64,000 nt of DNA from an uncultured cyanobacterium (GCA_963703315.1 OY969811.1:2688001-2752000); one strand, 5' to 3'. Positions 40,393-51,039 are shown, counted from the stretch's first letter. Translations and numbers: made by a program. Notes: generated by a model not told the origin, from the sequence alone.

Positions 40393-40524
40393 ATGTCAGA
40401 GGTTGTTCTTTTAAACTCTTTTTTCTGGATTGCCGTACTACTACTAGCACTAGCCACAGGTGGTATCGGTTATCTCACTTATTTAGAATGGCAAGATCGT
40501 CGCCGTCGTGGAGGAAAAAGTTAA
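40393..40524 (+). CDS. Small single-TM protein (43 aa)
   Basis: Hydrophobic helix followed by GGIGYLT..EW.DRRRR, resembling a conserved cyanobacterial small protein. Confidence 0.65.
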   Translation: MSEVVLLNSFFWIAVLLLALATGGIGYLTYLEWQDRRRRGGKS

Positions 40525-42172
40525 ACCATTCATACATCCGATCCACTAACCAAGGATTGTGCCAAGCTAGACCGAGATTAATCGTTTCTGCAAAACTAGT
40601 AGGCAAATCTGAGTCGTTGATTGCTATGCAAAATTTAAAACTCGTGACCTGCTCCCACTGTTTTAAATGCTTGAATACCCGTACGATCGCCTGACGATAA
40701 GGATGATTGGGTTGTGAGTACCAATCATCCGAAGTTTCGTTGGAGAGATCAAAGCCTAGATGCACAATTGTCAGCTTCTTAATAGCATTTCCATCGGCAT
40801 TGTCTGGGTCTTGAGTATCAGCATTCGCAAATAAACTGGCAAATTCTGTAGATGTTTCTTCTTGCAACAGCAAATCATTATTTGCAGCCACTTCTCGCAA
40901 TTGATCAAGACATTCAGGAGACTGCTGATCTGTCCAACGAATGCCGAGGGTTACGAGTTTAGTTTTTAAAAGCAAATGTCCAAGTTTTTCGGCTTTGGTT
41001 TCTAAATAGCGAAAATTATGTTCATTGGTTTCGATTAGTAGTGGCAAGCGTCCAACTATTTCGATATCAAAGCCCTTTAGTCCCGCCAGTTTACGAGGAT
41101 TGTTCGTAATCAAGCGCATCTTTTTAATGCCTAGATCATGCAGAATTTGCGCTCCAACCCCGTATGTACGCAGATCTGCGCCAAATCCTAGCTTTTCGTT
41201 AGCTTCAACGGTATCTAAGCCGCCATCTTGGAGGCAATAGGCTTTAATTTTGTTAATTAAGCCAATGCCGCGACCTTCTTGGCGCAAATAGACGACGACA
41301 CCCCAATTAGCAAACTCGATCATTTTCAAGGCACTTTGCAATTGTCCACGACAATCACAACGTAATGATCCTAGAGCATCACCTGTAAGGCATTCAGAAT
41401 GGACACGTACTAAGACTTCATGGTTCGCAAATTCGTTGAGGTTACCTTTGACGATCGCTAGATGTTCAGTATCGTCCAATGTATTGCGATAGGCATAGAC
41501 GCGAAAATCACCAAATAAGGATGGCAACTTGGCGATCGCCTCTCTCTTGACAAAGCGATCGTGCGCCAGACGATAGCTAATTAAGTCAGCAATGCTGATT
41601 AATTTTAGATTATGTAACTTGGCATATTCGATTAGTTCAGGCAGCCTTGCCATCGAGCCGTCATCATTCTGGATTTCGCAGATCACACCTGCGGGATACA
41701 GTCCTGACATTTGCGCCAAGTCTACCGCCGCCTCAGTATGTCCTGCACGCTTGAGTACACCACCATCCTTTGCCCTAAGGGGAAAGACATGACCAGGGCG
41801 ACGAAGATCGTTGGGGCGCGTATGGGGATTAATTGCCGCTTGAATTGTCCGCGATCGATCCTCTGCCGAAATACCTGTGGATGTCCCTTCTACGGCATCA
41901 ATGCTGACCGTGAAGGCAGTTTGTTGACTATCAGTATTGCGATCGACCATCAGTGGTAAATCTAAGGCATCAAGGCGATCGCCTGTCATTGCAAGGCAAA
42001 TTAAGCCCCTTGCCTTGACCGCCATAAAATTCACCATTTCAGGAGTGGCAAATTGGGCTGCACCAATCAGATCGCCTTCATTCTCACGGTTTTCATCATC
42101 GACAACGACAATGAGACGACCAGATTGGAGATCGTTAAGGGCATCGGGAATAGAGTCAAATTGAAATGTCAA
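40475..42172 (-). CDS. ribBA: Bifunctional DHBP synthase / GTP cyclohydrolase II
   Basis: [27 protein letters not shown]...SLRCDC. Confidence 0.95.
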   Translation of the reverse strand: MTFQFDSIPDALNDLQSGRLIVVVDDENRENEGDLIGAAQFATPEMVNFMAVKARGLICLAMTGDRLDALDLPLMVDRNTDSQQTAFTVSIDAVEGTSTGISAEDRSRTIQAAINPHTRPNDLRRPGHVFPLRAKDGGVLKRAGHTEAAVDLAQMSGLYPAGVICEIQNDDGSMARLPELIEYAKLHNLKLISIADLISYRLAHDRFVKREAIAKLPSLFGDFRVYAYRNTLDDTEHLAIVKGNLNEFANHEVLVRVHSECLTGDALGSLRCDCRGQLQSALKMIEFANWGVVVYLRQEGRGIGLINKIKAYCLQDGGLDTVEANEKLGFGADLRTYGVGAQILHDLGIKKMRLITNNPRKLAGLKGFDIEIVGRLPLLIETNEHNFRYLETKAEKLGHLLLKTKLVTLGIRWTDQQSPECLDQLREVAANNDLLLQEETSTEFASLFANADTQDPDNADGNAIKKLTIVHLGFDLSNETSDDWYSQPNHPYRQAIVRVFKHLKQWEQVTSFKFCIAINDSDLPTSFAETINLGLAWHNPWLVDRMYEWFNFFLHDGDDLAILNK

Positions 42173-42365
42173 GGCTTACTATCAGGGATTCAAGCTGTTT
42201 ATATCTATCATATAACAATCTCTATAGAGCTAATACCAAAGCCCAAAATGGCTATGCCATTTTGGGCTTTGGTATTTATAGCTGTTGCCATTTGTATACC
42301 CAAGAAGCGTCACTACTCGTCTTCTGATTTTGTGTCCGAACAAGACTGGTGACCGCTATAGTGAG

Positions 42366-43431
42366 GGCACTGGTCAGTAAATTAGTGATATGAGAAAATA
42401 GAGGCAGAGTAAAGGAAAAAGCTATGGAATGCCCCCACTGCGATAGTCAAAAGATCATCAAAAATGGCAAACATCACCATCAAGACGGCAAAGCCATCCA
42501 AAACTATTTATGCAAAGAATGCGGCAAAAGATTCAGTGAAAGGACAGGAACGCCAATGTCAAGGCTGAGAACACCAGAAAATGTGGTTTCATTAGCACTT
42601 AAGATGAGGAGTGAAGGAATGGGGATTAGAGCCAGTGGAAGAGTTCTAGAAAAATCTCATGTCAGCATCATGAGATGGGAGCAAAAATTGGCAACTCAGT
42701 CACAGCAATGGAGTCCAGATGCCCCAACAGGAGGAGATATAACAGTCGAGGGAGATGAGGTTTACACTCGCGTAGGCGAGAACCTCCCCCCCTCAGAGTC
42801 AAAAGGGTGGACAATCACATTTATTGAGCGTGGGAGTCGCTACTGGATTGAAGCAAAAGCAGGAATGAAAACAACGGACTTATTTAAGCAAGCCATCAAC
42901 ACTGCATGGTCATGGGCAAAAACTAGTCAATACATTCGATGGTTTACCGATGGTGAAAGACGCTACGCTCAACAACTATGGCAAATGGCAAGTGTTTATC
43001 TCAAATCATCGGAAGTCACTCGTGAATATGGACATCGCAAGGTATGGCGCTATGGATTGGAAGTTGCCATGAAAATTAAAGGTTCACAGGGAAAGCGTCG
43101 AGTCGAATGGGTCAAACCTGAGCATCCTTATACTGCCATCAGCGATAAGAGTGACGTTCATGCTAATCATAATGAAGCTAACAACAGTGCTTTGAGAAGA
43201 AGGTGTAGTGCTTTTCGCCGCAGACAAAACCTGTATGCTAAAAATACCGAGGGCTTGCAACGAGCAGTCACGGTACAACGCTTAATTCACAATTGGGTAC
43301 GACCTCATGAGGGTTTGGGCAAGAACAAGACCCCTGCTATGGCAATCGGACTTTTTAATCGTCCCGTTTCTATGCTGGAATTACTATCATTAAGGGGCTT
43401 TCATTACCTCACTAATTAACTGACCAGTGCC
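42366..43431 (+). mobile_element. IS1-family insertion sequence
   Basis: 23-bp IRs GGCACTGGTCAGT(A/T)AATTAGTGA with 1 mismatch; no target duplication visible. Confidence 0.88.
42424..43419 (+). CDS. IS1-family transposase (single ORF)
   Basis: CP.C...C..C zinc ribbon, HTH, DE / TDG / E..N..LR catalytic motifs. Confidence 0.88.
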   Translation: MECPHCDSQKIIKNGKHHHQDGKAIQNYLCKECGKRFSERTGTPMSRLRTPENVVSLALKMRSEGMGIRASGRVLEKSHVSIMRWEQKLATQSQQWSPDAPTGGDITVEGDEVYTRVGENLPPSESKGWTITFIERGSRYWIEAKAGMKTTDLFKQAINTAWSWAKTSQYIRWFTDGERRYAQQLWQMASVYLKSSEVTREYGHRKVWRYGLEVAMKIKGSQGKRRVEWVKPEHPYTAISDKSDVHANHNEANNSALRRRCSAFRRRQNLYAKNTEGLQRAVTVQRLIHNWVRPHEGLGKNKTPAMAIGLFNRPVSMLELLSLRGFHYLTN

Positions 43432-43706
43432 ATCGTTCAATTCGTAAGGATCTAGAACCTCTGATTGAGAAACTAAAATCAGGAGAAGTTCTAGGTGATC
43501 AAATTTCTGGTTTGAATAATCAAGTATTTAAAGTTCGTCTCAAAAATAGCAATATTCAAAAGGGGAAAAGTGCGGGTTATCGGGTTATTTATTATGTGAA
43601 AACTGAAGCCAGTGTGGTTTTGGTAACGATTTATTCTAAGTCCGACACATCAGATATAGAGAATAATGTGATCGAAAAAATTATTAAAGAATTTGTGGAG
43701 GAATAG
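43432..43706 (+). pseudogene. 5'-truncated RelE/ParE (HigB-like) toxin
   Basis: Frame open from the IS edge: RSIRKDLEPLIEKL...KGKSAGYRVIYY; N-terminus missing. Confidence 0.75.
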
Positions 43707-43717
43707 GTATCGTTGAA

Positions 43718-43816
43718 GCGATCGCCTAAAAATCACTCACAGTAATAGCGATCGCCTTTAGAAGATAGATTGTTGATGCGATCGCCTAGAAATCACGACT
43801 CACAGTAATAGCGATC
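43718..43816 (+). repeat. HIP1-anchored module A-B-A
   Basis: GCGATCGCCTAAAAATCACTCACAGTAATA, GCGATCGCCTTTAGAAGATAGATTGTTGAT, GCGATCGCCTAGAAATCACGACTCACAGTAATA. Confidence 0.9.
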
Positions 43817-43871
43817 AAACAATCCGTATTATTTCACTTCGCAAAGCTTTACCTTAACAAACAAAAAAGTT

Positions 43872-44396
43872 ATGAATATTATCCCTCTATTCAATGATAT
43901 AGGTGAAGAAGGCGCTGAGTTTTACTGCCTAGCGTATGCTCCCGTTTGGTATCACCAGACCAAGAAGCCTGCACTTCCATCGGCGTTAGGAATTTACTTT
44001 TGCTCACATAAAGATTTCACGCAATTTAGTCAACACAGCTTCGCAGAGGATGGTCATCGCCTCTCGTATTCGCGAGGCGATGATAAGCGCGATACGCTAG
44101 AGTTTGTATTCTTGTCCGTACTCTTAGAAAGTTCCGTTCACCCTGCCATGTGGAGGTTGTTTCCTCGTGCGAAGATTCCGCACAGTTTTCAGTCAGATAA
44201 GTACGAGCAGGCACGTCGTCAGCTTTGCTGTTTATTGTTTCACTTCCGAAGTCAGGAGATGGTGGCACGACTTACATCTGATTTGCCTAAGCAGCCATTG
44301 ATGACTTGTGACGAGTCCGCCAGACGAGTAGCTTTCGGCGACTTCACAGAAGAGGATAAAGAACTTGAGCAAGCTATCATAGAGGAGAATAATTGA
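43872..44396 (+). CDS. Hypothetical protein (accessory)
   Basis: 174 aa ORF between repeat modules. Confidence 0.55.
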   Translation: MNIIPLFNDIGEEGAEFYCLAYAPVWYHQTKKPALPSALGIYFCSHKDFTQFSQHSFAEDGHRLSYSRGDDKRDTLEFVFLSVLLESSVHPAMWRLFPRAKIPHSFQSDKYEQARRQLCCLLFHFRSQEMVARLTSDLPKQPLMTCDESARRVAFGDFTEEDKELEQAIIEENN

Positions 44397-44397
44397 T

Positions 44398-44437
44398 GCG
44401 ATCGCCTATAAATCACGGCTCACAGTAATAGCGATCG
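44398..44437 (+). repeat. HIP1-anchored module A
   Basis: GCGATCGCCTATAAATCACGGCTCACAGTAATAGCGATCG. Confidence 0.85.
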
Positions 44438-44498
44438 TCTTCACCAACCCTTTTAACAGATAGAGAATTGAGGCGATCGCTCAGAAAATTGATATTCG

Positions 44499-45216
44499 CT
44501 AATGAGGATCTTCTCTTGTTTGCAACTTCAACATTTCAGACTGAACATTCATCCCAATAACTAAAGCATCGCTCAGCAGAGAACTATACTGATTAGCTTG
44601 ATTTTGCACTTCTAAAGATTTTAAAGCTATCAAATTTTGCTCAATATTATTGAAAAGATCACGATGGCTACTTAAAAAACGACGATGCTCTCGGAGGATC
44701 TTTTCGGTTGTCAAGCCACAAATGAGGCTATCTCTAGTTAACTCAAGTGCCTGTAGGACATCCTCACGATGATTAAGATTTGCTGATTGATTACCGACAG
44801 ACTTTAAGCGATCGCACAGATCCATCGCTGCAATTACTTGATTATATTTATCGACCTCATCTAACAGATGGGACAAACCAGAACATATTTTTCGCTCTAA
44901 TCCAAGCAACAAGATTCCAACCTGCAAGCAGAATTAATACTAGCAGAAATACAAAAATGGCAAACCCAATCTGCTCTTGACGAGTATTTATGGATTTGCC
45001 AAGAGATTGAAATAGGAGAATGCTAATTGGCAAACTAAAAATCGCAATCAAAAATAAAGCGATCGCCTCACTCACCAAAAAAGGAACTAAGTATTTAGGA
45101 TTATTTAATAGAGAAATTCTATATACGCTGCCTATAAATAAATAGGTGATTTCCCTACCTGTGACCCTTGCTAGATCCTGTTCAGTAATCTGCAAATTCC
45201 TAATATCTGTTTGCAT
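44499..45216 (-). pseudogene. Membrane hypothetical gene split by a frameshift
   Basis: ORFs 44857-45216 and 44499-44927 join across an A5 run (44888-92): WIRAK/ICSGLSHLLDEV. Confidence 0.65.
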
Positions 45217-45237
45217 AATTGTTAGGCAATCTCAGAT

Positions 45238-45954
45238 TTATGTAAAAAACAAGCTTTTAATTGTATTCCATATTGCTAGATAAAAATTGCCTTCACGGGG
45301 ACGAAAAATATCAAATTTAGAACCAAAGGAACCGAAAAATGGTCTCAATGTCCAAGCCATCTGACTACCAACAAAAGCATAGAGTCCCAGCCAGAACTTG
45401 AGTATGGAGATACGAATTTTACGGTTTTTATCAATGGCTGTATCGTCAATAGCTAAGTCTTTATCTGCGATAATAGTTTCAGTTTTTGGTAGTAAAACCT
45501 GATAGAGAAAGTAAACTCCAATAACTCCTGTCAGAGTAAATATGGCAACATTTAACAAAAGGAAAAATGAATAATTGTCGGCTGTAATTAAGAAAAATAG
45601 AGTGACTGGTGCAAAACCAAATAGTAACGTACTAGTAATTGTTACTGCACAAAGCAAAATTGCCGCATACTGGCTAAGTGTAGTTTTTGAGCCGAAATAA
45701 ATATTAAAGAAATAGAGTGCTGGTAAACAAATCGCTAATGTGATTAGAAACAGGAATGGTAGCTTTGCGGCTGAAGAGACGATCTGCATCCAAGAGCTAA
45801 TCGCACCAATTAAACCACCATAAATTGCTAAAAATATAGAGCTACATATTAATAAGCCCACTATTTTGGTGTTAATTTTAACTCCATCATAAATTTCTTT
45901 GATGAACTGATCGCGATCGCTAAGTAAGGCAAGAAGAACCGAGAAAAATGGCAT
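45238..45954 (-). CDS. Conserved multi-TM membrane protein
   Basis: K.P.LFL.TL.ICLPALY and FVGSQ.AW.LRPF motifs. Confidence 0.75.
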   Translation of the reverse strand: MPFFSVLLALLSDRDQFIKEIYDGVKINTKIVGLLICSSIFLAIYGGLIGAISSWMQIVSSAAKLPFLFLITLAICLPALYFFNIYFGSKTTLSQYAAILLCAVTITSTLLFGFAPVTLFFLITADNYSFFLLLNVAIFTLTGVIGVYFLYQVLLPKTETIIADKDLAIDDTAIDKNRKIRISILKFWLGLYAFVGSQMAWTLRPFFGSFGSKFDIFRPREGNFYLAIWNTIKSLFFT

Positions 45955-46355
45955 ATGGATTTTAGATAAATTTCAAGATGGGAATGCTGGTAACTCACCT
46001 TACGCGGAACGTTTTAACCTCATAGCATTTCCTAATTAGGGTTTAGGGATTTGCCACTTTCTGGGTTTTATTCCCCCTCTCCTGCAAGGAGAGGATTTAG
46101 GGGAGAGGCTTACAAGGTTATCTGCGTAACATCGGGTAGTAATTTAGTGCAAAAACAGTTTACCTATGGAGTTTTGTAAAATTGTAATAGCAATTTACAT
46201 AATCTTTGCTCCACCGATTTAGACTAAGTAAATAGGCACTGTGTTCCTATATATTTTTTGTGGTGGAACTCATCTAAAGCTATTGACCACATTACAAGGC
46301 GATCGCTATTTGTTAAAAGTAAAGCTGCGATGCCCCCTCAACACCTAAAACATCA

Positions 46356-46453
46356 CGATCGCCTAAAAATCACTCACAGTAATAGCGATCGCCTTTAGAA
46401 GATAGATTGTTGATGCGATCGCCTAGAAATCACGAATCACAGTAATAGCGATC
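46356..46453 (+). repeat. HIP1-anchored module A-B-A
   Basis: Nearly identical to 43718-43816. Confidence 0.9.
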
Positions 46454-46649
46454 AAAATACATTTCTCTTCTGAGATTGTAGACCTTGTAGGGTTTGTTAA
46501 TGCAATGTAACGCACCCAAAATTTTATTTTTACACTTATTTAGCTGCTTTATATGACAGTTTATGGAATATTTATCTTTATACAAGTATTTATCCTAATA
46601 ATCTGCAAGATAATACATAGTTAGCAGTTCTCTATTAGAAATCAGAAGG

Positions 46650-47153
46650 ATGGATATGTCTAAAAAATGGAAGGGTCGGGAACAGCCAAATCTTGATCAT
46701 TTGATGTCACTTTTCTCGGATGACACCATTTCTGCATTCATTACTGGGCATCTAGTTATTGAATCTCTTCTTGTACAAATGATCGATCTAAAACTAGAAC
46801 ATCCTGATGAATTTGATACATTTAGTCTTAACTTCCCAGCAAAAACTAATCTGTGTAAGGCATTAGGATTAATTGATTCTGATATGACAAACTTTCTTCT
46901 TGAGATGAACACAATCAGAAATCGTTTTGCTCACAGGCTTGGATACAGCTTTTCCTTTGATGATGCGTTTAGCTTTGCTCAAGCTGCTGCCAAAGGGGGG
47001 ATAGACTTTTCAGATGATTCCATATACATGGATAAGGAGAATTCTGAAGAATGGTATGGCATCAAAGGAATTATTCAGGAAGTTTTTCAAAATACTGCTC
47101 AAGACCTCTCATTCATCATGGAGGAAAATGGTGGTGAATTTCAGTTTGGGTGA
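46650..47153 (+). CDS. Hypothetical protein in an integron-type gene cassette
   Basis: Preceded by GTTAGCAGTT (46620) and followed by its complement AACTGCTAAC (47168) starting an attC site. Confidence 0.75.
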   Translation: MDMSKKWKGREQPNLDHLMSLFSDDTISAFITGHLVIESLLVQMIDLKLEHPDEFDTFSLNFPAKTNLCKALGLIDSDMTNFLLEMNTIRNRFAHRLGYSFSFDDAFSFAQAAAKGGIDFSDDSIYMDKENSEEWYGIKGIIQEVFQNTAQDLSFIMEENGGEFQFG

Positions 47154-47170
47154 TCGAAATACTACTCAAC

Positions 47171-47246
47171 TGCTAACAATGGTGGTGCAGAAGATTGTTG
47201 GCAAAGTTGTAAAGTTTTTGGCAACCGCTGACCACAAACGTTCAGC
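47171..47246 (+). other. attC-like recombination site
   Basis: R'' TGCTAAC, 5 bp, L'' TGGTGCAG ... L' CTGACCA, 5 bp, R' GTTCAGC; extrahelical G. Confidence 0.78.
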
Positions 47247-47288
47247 TTCAGCGCACAGCTTTAACGCAAATTAAGTAAACTTTGACGT

Positions 47289-48059
47289 ATGAAACCTCAT
47301 GTATCTTTACTCGACAGAATTGAAATATTAAAGACGCAAAATCCAATTCAGGGAGCTTCGTATTACTGCGTCACATTGCTTGGCACTAAAGAGGGGAAAA
47401 TAAACCGATACTGCCAATCCGAGGTGTGCGGATACACTGATACAAAACCCCGCAGAGAAATTCGAGCAGGATGCTTGGTTGAGCCAACTAAGATGCGTGA
47501 TTTGTTTCAAGTGATTAAAGAACCGTCAGTTCTCGTGAATACATACAGTGACTTGTACGTATTTCTTCTGATTGGCGGTCATGGGATAATTGAGAAAAGT
47601 CTAGGTGAAAAGTACTTCGGTGATTTGTTGGCTGCGGAGGCGACAGTATTCTCCCATACAAAAGGACTTTTGCGGGTTCGTAGTTCGCCAAAAGCAATAA
47701 TTCAACACGCGCCAAGCAAGAAAACCCGAATGATAATCTTGAAACGTGATAATTATCGCTGTAAGGTATGTGGACGTTCACCAGAAAACCACGTTGATAT
47801 TGAATTGCACGTACATCATATACATCCTTGGGGAGAAGGCGGAGTAACTGAAGAAGATAACCTTATTACCCTTTGTAATACCTGTCATGACGGGCTTGAT
47901 CCCCATTTTGAGACAGACTTATTCCCTCTCATTGGTATCCAGCCTTATGTGAATATTATAAAAGCAGACCCTAACTACGTCGTTGGTGTTGTGAATTACC
48001 GTAAAGTATCCGTGAAAGCATATAAAACACTCGCCGAAAAAATGCCGCCACGCTCGTAA
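47289..48059 (+). CDS. HNH endonuclease domain protein
   Basis: RDNYRCKVCG...LHVHHI.P...GG.....NLITLC..CH. Confidence 0.85.
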   Translation: MKPHVSLLDRIEILKTQNPIQGASYYCVTLLGTKEGKINRYCQSEVCGYTDTKPRREIRAGCLVEPTKMRDLFQVIKEPSVLVNTYSDLYVFLLIGGHGIIEKSLGEKYFGDLLAAEATVFSHTKGLLRVRSSPKAIIQHAPSKKTRMIILKRDNYRCKVCGRSPENHVDIELHVHHIHPWGEGGVTEEDNLITLCNTCHDGLDPHFETDLFPLIGIQPYVNIIKADPNYVVGVVNYRKVSVKAYKTLAEKMPPRS

Positions 48060-48192
48060 ACAGTTCGATCGCCGATCTTGTAGTTAATGAAGTGCAACGC
48101 ACCTTATTTTTGTTCGTATTGACACTGACTTGAACACAGTTACAATTTTTTAGCTAGACTACTGAGTAATAACTTTCAATCTAGGCGCAGCC

Positions 48193-48405
48193 ATGCTAGA
48201 CACATCAACACTTGAGCAACGCTTGATAACCCTTGAACAAGTAGTTTTCGATCTTCAAAATAAATTTGAAAGTAAGCCTAGCTCCGACAATTGGCTTGAT
48301 AGACTCATAGGTTCCATCTCTGATGACTCAGCTTTTCTTGAAGCTCTAGAATATGGACGTGCATTTCGGCTGTCTGATAAACCTATTGACGACACTGACA
48401 AATAA
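48193..48405 (+). CDS. Putative VapB-like antitoxin
   Basis: 70 aa, directly upstream of a PIN toxin remnant. Confidence 0.6.
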   Translation: MLDTSTLEQRLITLEQVVFDLQNKFESKPSSDNWLDRLIGSISDDSAFLEALEYGRAFRLSDKPIDDTDK

Positions 48406-48407
48406 TC

Positions 48408-48560
48408 GTGAAATAGATGCGAAGTCAAAAAGTTCGTGTGTCTACAATGGACTTGAGAATTGCCGCGATCGCCATTTCTAACAACTTGGTATTACTTACC
48501 CGAAATACTGGAGACTTCAGTAAAGTTCCGAGTTTAGTAACCGAAGATTGGACAGTGTAG
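48408..48560 (+). pseudogene. VapC/PIN toxin remnant with internal deletion
   Basis: GTG AAA TAG then MRSQKVRVSTMDLRIAAIAISNNLVLLTRNTGDFSKVPSLVTEDWTV (PIN C-terminus only). Confidence 0.72.
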
Positions 48561-48666
48561 CGCTGAAGGGCTTCCTTACAGTTAGCAAATAGATAGATCA
48601 TTGAGGCGATCGTAAGATATCTCAAAGCTATAATGTGAGGTAGCAAAAGATCTTCAGGTTAGGGGT

Positions 48667-49017
48667 ATGACTACAGTATCAATCTTGCCAATATCTAGTG
48701 TTAGCGGTGAAAAATCCTATCGGGCGATCGCAGGAGATAAGCAGTGGGTTGGTAAAACTGCGGGGCAAGCTCTAGATGGATTAACTGCTCAGTTAGGTGA
48801 AGCTGATTTCAGTGCGCTGATCGTTATCAACAGTTTTCATCCAGATCTATTTTTTAGCGCCGATCAACAAAAACGGTTATCGGAGTTAATGAATTTATGG
48901 CGAGTAGCACGCGATCGGGGAGAAACATTACTACTGGAACAACAAGCAGAGCTAGATAATTTAGTTGATGCTGAACTAAGGGCAGCAACTGCACGAACAA
49001 CCGCCTTAATGCAGTAA
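48667..49017 (+). CDS. Hypothetical protein paired with an HNH gene
   Basis: 116 aa; GKTAGQALD, QQ.RL.ELM..WR. Confidence 0.65.
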   Translation: MTTVSILPISSVSGEKSYRAIAGDKQWVGKTAGQALDGLTAQLGEADFSALIVINSFHPDLFFSADQQKRLSELMNLWRVARDRGETLLLEQQAELDNLVDAELRAATARTTALMQ

Positions 49018-49025
49018 CTAAGTAT

Positions 49026-49241
49026 ATGAATCCCTATTACAGTGCGATCGCAGAACGTGCTAATCATCGTTGTGAATACTGCCATGCCCCAGAATTGGTT
49101 TTTAACTTCCCTTTTGAGGTTGAACATATCATCCCTCTCTCCCAGCAAGGGACAAATGACGAGTCGAATCTAGCTCTTGCCTGTCGATCCTGCAATCTTC
49201 GTAAAGGCACTCGTATTAGCGGCATTGATGCGATCGCCTAA
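49026..49241 (+). pseudogene. HNH endonuclease, probably 3'-truncated at a HIP1 module
   Basis: RA..RCEYC...EVEHIIP...NLALAC..CN.RKG; stop codon lies inside the repeat. Confidence 0.7.
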
Positions 49242-49298
49242 AACTCATGCCTTACAGTAATAGCGATCGCCTTGAGGAGATAGATTGTTAATGCGATT
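49230..49298 (+). repeat. HIP1-anchored module A-B
   Basis: GCGATCGCCTAAAACTCATGCCTTACAGTAATA, GCGATCGCCTTGAGGAGATAGATTGTTAAT. Confidence 0.85.
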
Positions 49299-49356
49299 AC
49301 CAAAGTAATTAAGCCATAATTGCATTACAAACCTAATTTATCTGGCTCGAATGTAT

Positions 49357-49881
49357 ATGAAAAATGAGAAGATCAAAGCAATACAAAATATCTTTAGTTC
49401 TAGACTCGACACGTTGAGCCATCTCTTAACAGTAGCAGAGAGCCATTTCGGAACCGATGTAGAGCCTATATTGCAGCGCCGTATAGCTCCCGATATGTTT
49501 CCCTTCGGTACACAAATTGTATTTACTTGCAATCAGCCCCGCAACTTTGCCTTGTGGTGCTTAGGACAGGCGGCGAATAACTTACCTCCCGACGTAGCAT
49601 CCCTAGATGAGGCGCGTACTCATATTTCATCTACAAAGGAACTGTTAGCAAGTATCAATGTTAGCGATACTATGCTTGCAGAGATCAAGCGGATTGAACT
49701 TGGAGAAGGTCTATACCTCGAACTATCTGGACTCTCATACGTGGATGATTTTCTGATGCCAAACTTTTACTTCCATTTGACCACAGCCTACGACATCCTG
49801 CGTATGGAAGGAGTACCCATAGGTAAGCACGATTTCATGATGCATTTGATACCTTTTGTAAAGCATCAAGGTAATTCATAA
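49357..49881 (+). CDS. DUF1993 (DinB-like) family protein
   Basis: R.APDMFP, PNFYFH.TTAY.ILR..GV.IGK.DF. Confidence 0.85.
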   Translation: MKNEKIKAIQNIFSSRLDTLSHLLTVAESHFGTDVEPILQRRIAPDMFPFGTQIVFTCNQPRNFALWCLGQAANNLPPDVASLDEARTHISSTKELLASINVSDTMLAEIKRIELGEGLYLELSGLSYVDDFLMPNFYFHLTTAYDILRMEGVPIGKHDFMMHLIPFVKHQGNS

Positions 49882-49894
49882 CATGGAGTAAAAA

Positions 49895-50377
49895 ATGTCA
49901 TTATCTGAACCAATTAGCATTCAGCAGCTTTTCGCCAATGACTTGGCACTTATGGAAGAATTATTAACTGTCTTTGGTGAAGCTTTTGAAGAAGTTGATA
50001 CCTATAGCTCATCTCGTCCAAATGGTGCTTATCTCCAGCGTTTACTAGGTCGCGATTATTTCATTGCACTTGCAGCGTTAAAAAATGGATCGGTGGTTGG
50101 AGGTCTAGCCGCATACGAACTCCAGAAGTTTGAGCAAGAACGGAGTGAAATTTATATTTATGATCTAGCTGTTGCCGCCGCACATCGACGGCAAGGCATT
50201 GCCACGGCATTAATTCAAGAATTAAAGAAGATTGCTGTAGCGCGAGGAGCTTACGTTGTTTTTGTGCAGGCTGACATTGGAGATGACCCTGCGATCGCAC
50301 TTTATACAAAGCTTGGTGTGCGTGAAGATGTGCTTCATTTTGACATTGCTGTTGACGATAATAGCGATCGCCTTTAG
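49895..50377 (+). CDS. AAC(3)-I family aminoglycoside N-acetyltransferase (GNAT)
   Basis: [16 protein letters not shown]...[11 protein letters not shown] and VQAD.GDDPA.ALYTKLG.RE.V.HFDI. Confidence 0.85.
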   Translation: MSLSEPISIQQLFANDLALMEELLTVFGEAFEEVDTYSSSRPNGAYLQRLLGRDYFIALAALKNGSVVGGLAAYELQKFEQERSEIYIYDLAVAAAHRRQGIATALIQELKKIAVARGAYVVFVQADIGDDPAIALYTKLGVREDVLHFDIAVDDNSDRL

Positions 50378-50401
50378 GAGATAGATTGTTGAGGCGATCG
50401 C
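50364..50401 (+). repeat. HIP1-anchored module B
   Basis: GCGATCGCCTTTAGGAGATAGATTGTTGAGGCGATCGC; supplies the stop codon of the GNAT gene. Confidence 0.85.
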
Positions 50402-50513
50402 GCTTGAATTAAAGTAGAATTTGCGGCAAATTTTTCCTCAATCAAATAATTAAACTGCAAGTGCTTTACAACTCCAAGCAATGTGTCTCTACGACCATTA
50501 AAATTCGCCTGTT

Positions 50514-50957
50514 TCAAATCTTCTGCTCACCTCGTTCAAGTTTGTTTTTCTGCAATTGATTTGGTTGTCTAGACCGATTTTTGCCAGCAATACGGAGAAG
50601 ACGAAGAAATTTTGGACATTCAAAATGGTTTGGCGCTTTGCAAACTGCCGCGTGACGAAGCCCATCACGCATTGAGGTCAGTTCCTTTATTTTCTTATCC
50701 AACTCCTCTGCTTTAGCTGAAAGCAGTGCAACATTAATTTCAACACCTTCAGGGGTAAACATTTCCGCGATCTCATCCAGAGAGAAACCAGCATTTCGTC
50801 CCAAAGCAATTAAAGCCAGCCGATCTATAACATCATCACTGAATTGACGACGTAGACCACTTCGACCATTGGACTGAATCAGCCCCTTCTCTTCGTAAAA
50901 GCGTAGCGTTGAGGCAGGCAACCCTGATGCCTTTGCAACTTCAGATATATCCATCAT
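50514..50957 (-). CDS. MerR-family transcriptional regulator
   Basis: ISEVAK.SG...STLRFYEEKGLI HTH; C-terminal C.AP.H..C. Confidence 0.9.
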   Translation of the reverse strand: MMDISEVAKASGLPASTLRFYEEKGLIQSNGRSGLRRQFSDDVIDRLALIALGRNAGFSLDEIAEMFTPEGVEINVALLSAKAEELDKKIKELTSMRDGLRHAAVCKAPNHFECPKFLRLLRIAGKNRSRQPNQLQKNKLERGEQKI

Positions 50958-50976
50958 GTCACTTTGCAATTAACAC

Positions 50977-51007
50977 TTGACTTCAAGTTAACTTGAACTT
51001 GTATTGT
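50977..51007 (+). promoter_or_regulatory. MerR-type promoter and operator
   Basis: TTGACT-N19-TATTGT with dyad TTCAAGTTAACTTGAA in the spacer. Confidence 0.85.
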
Positions 51008-51039
51008 AGCCTCATACAAGATTTTATGAGCTAAAAACT

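Noticed and set aside
43718..43816. CRISPR mini-array (repeats at ~30 bp period)
   Set aside because: The constant part is only about 10 bp, the 'spacers' recur as fixed units A and B, and no cas genes are present
46560..46630. attI site upstream of the first cassette
   Set aside because: A GTTAGCA core is present, but there is no adjacent intI and attI has no consensus I can verify by eye
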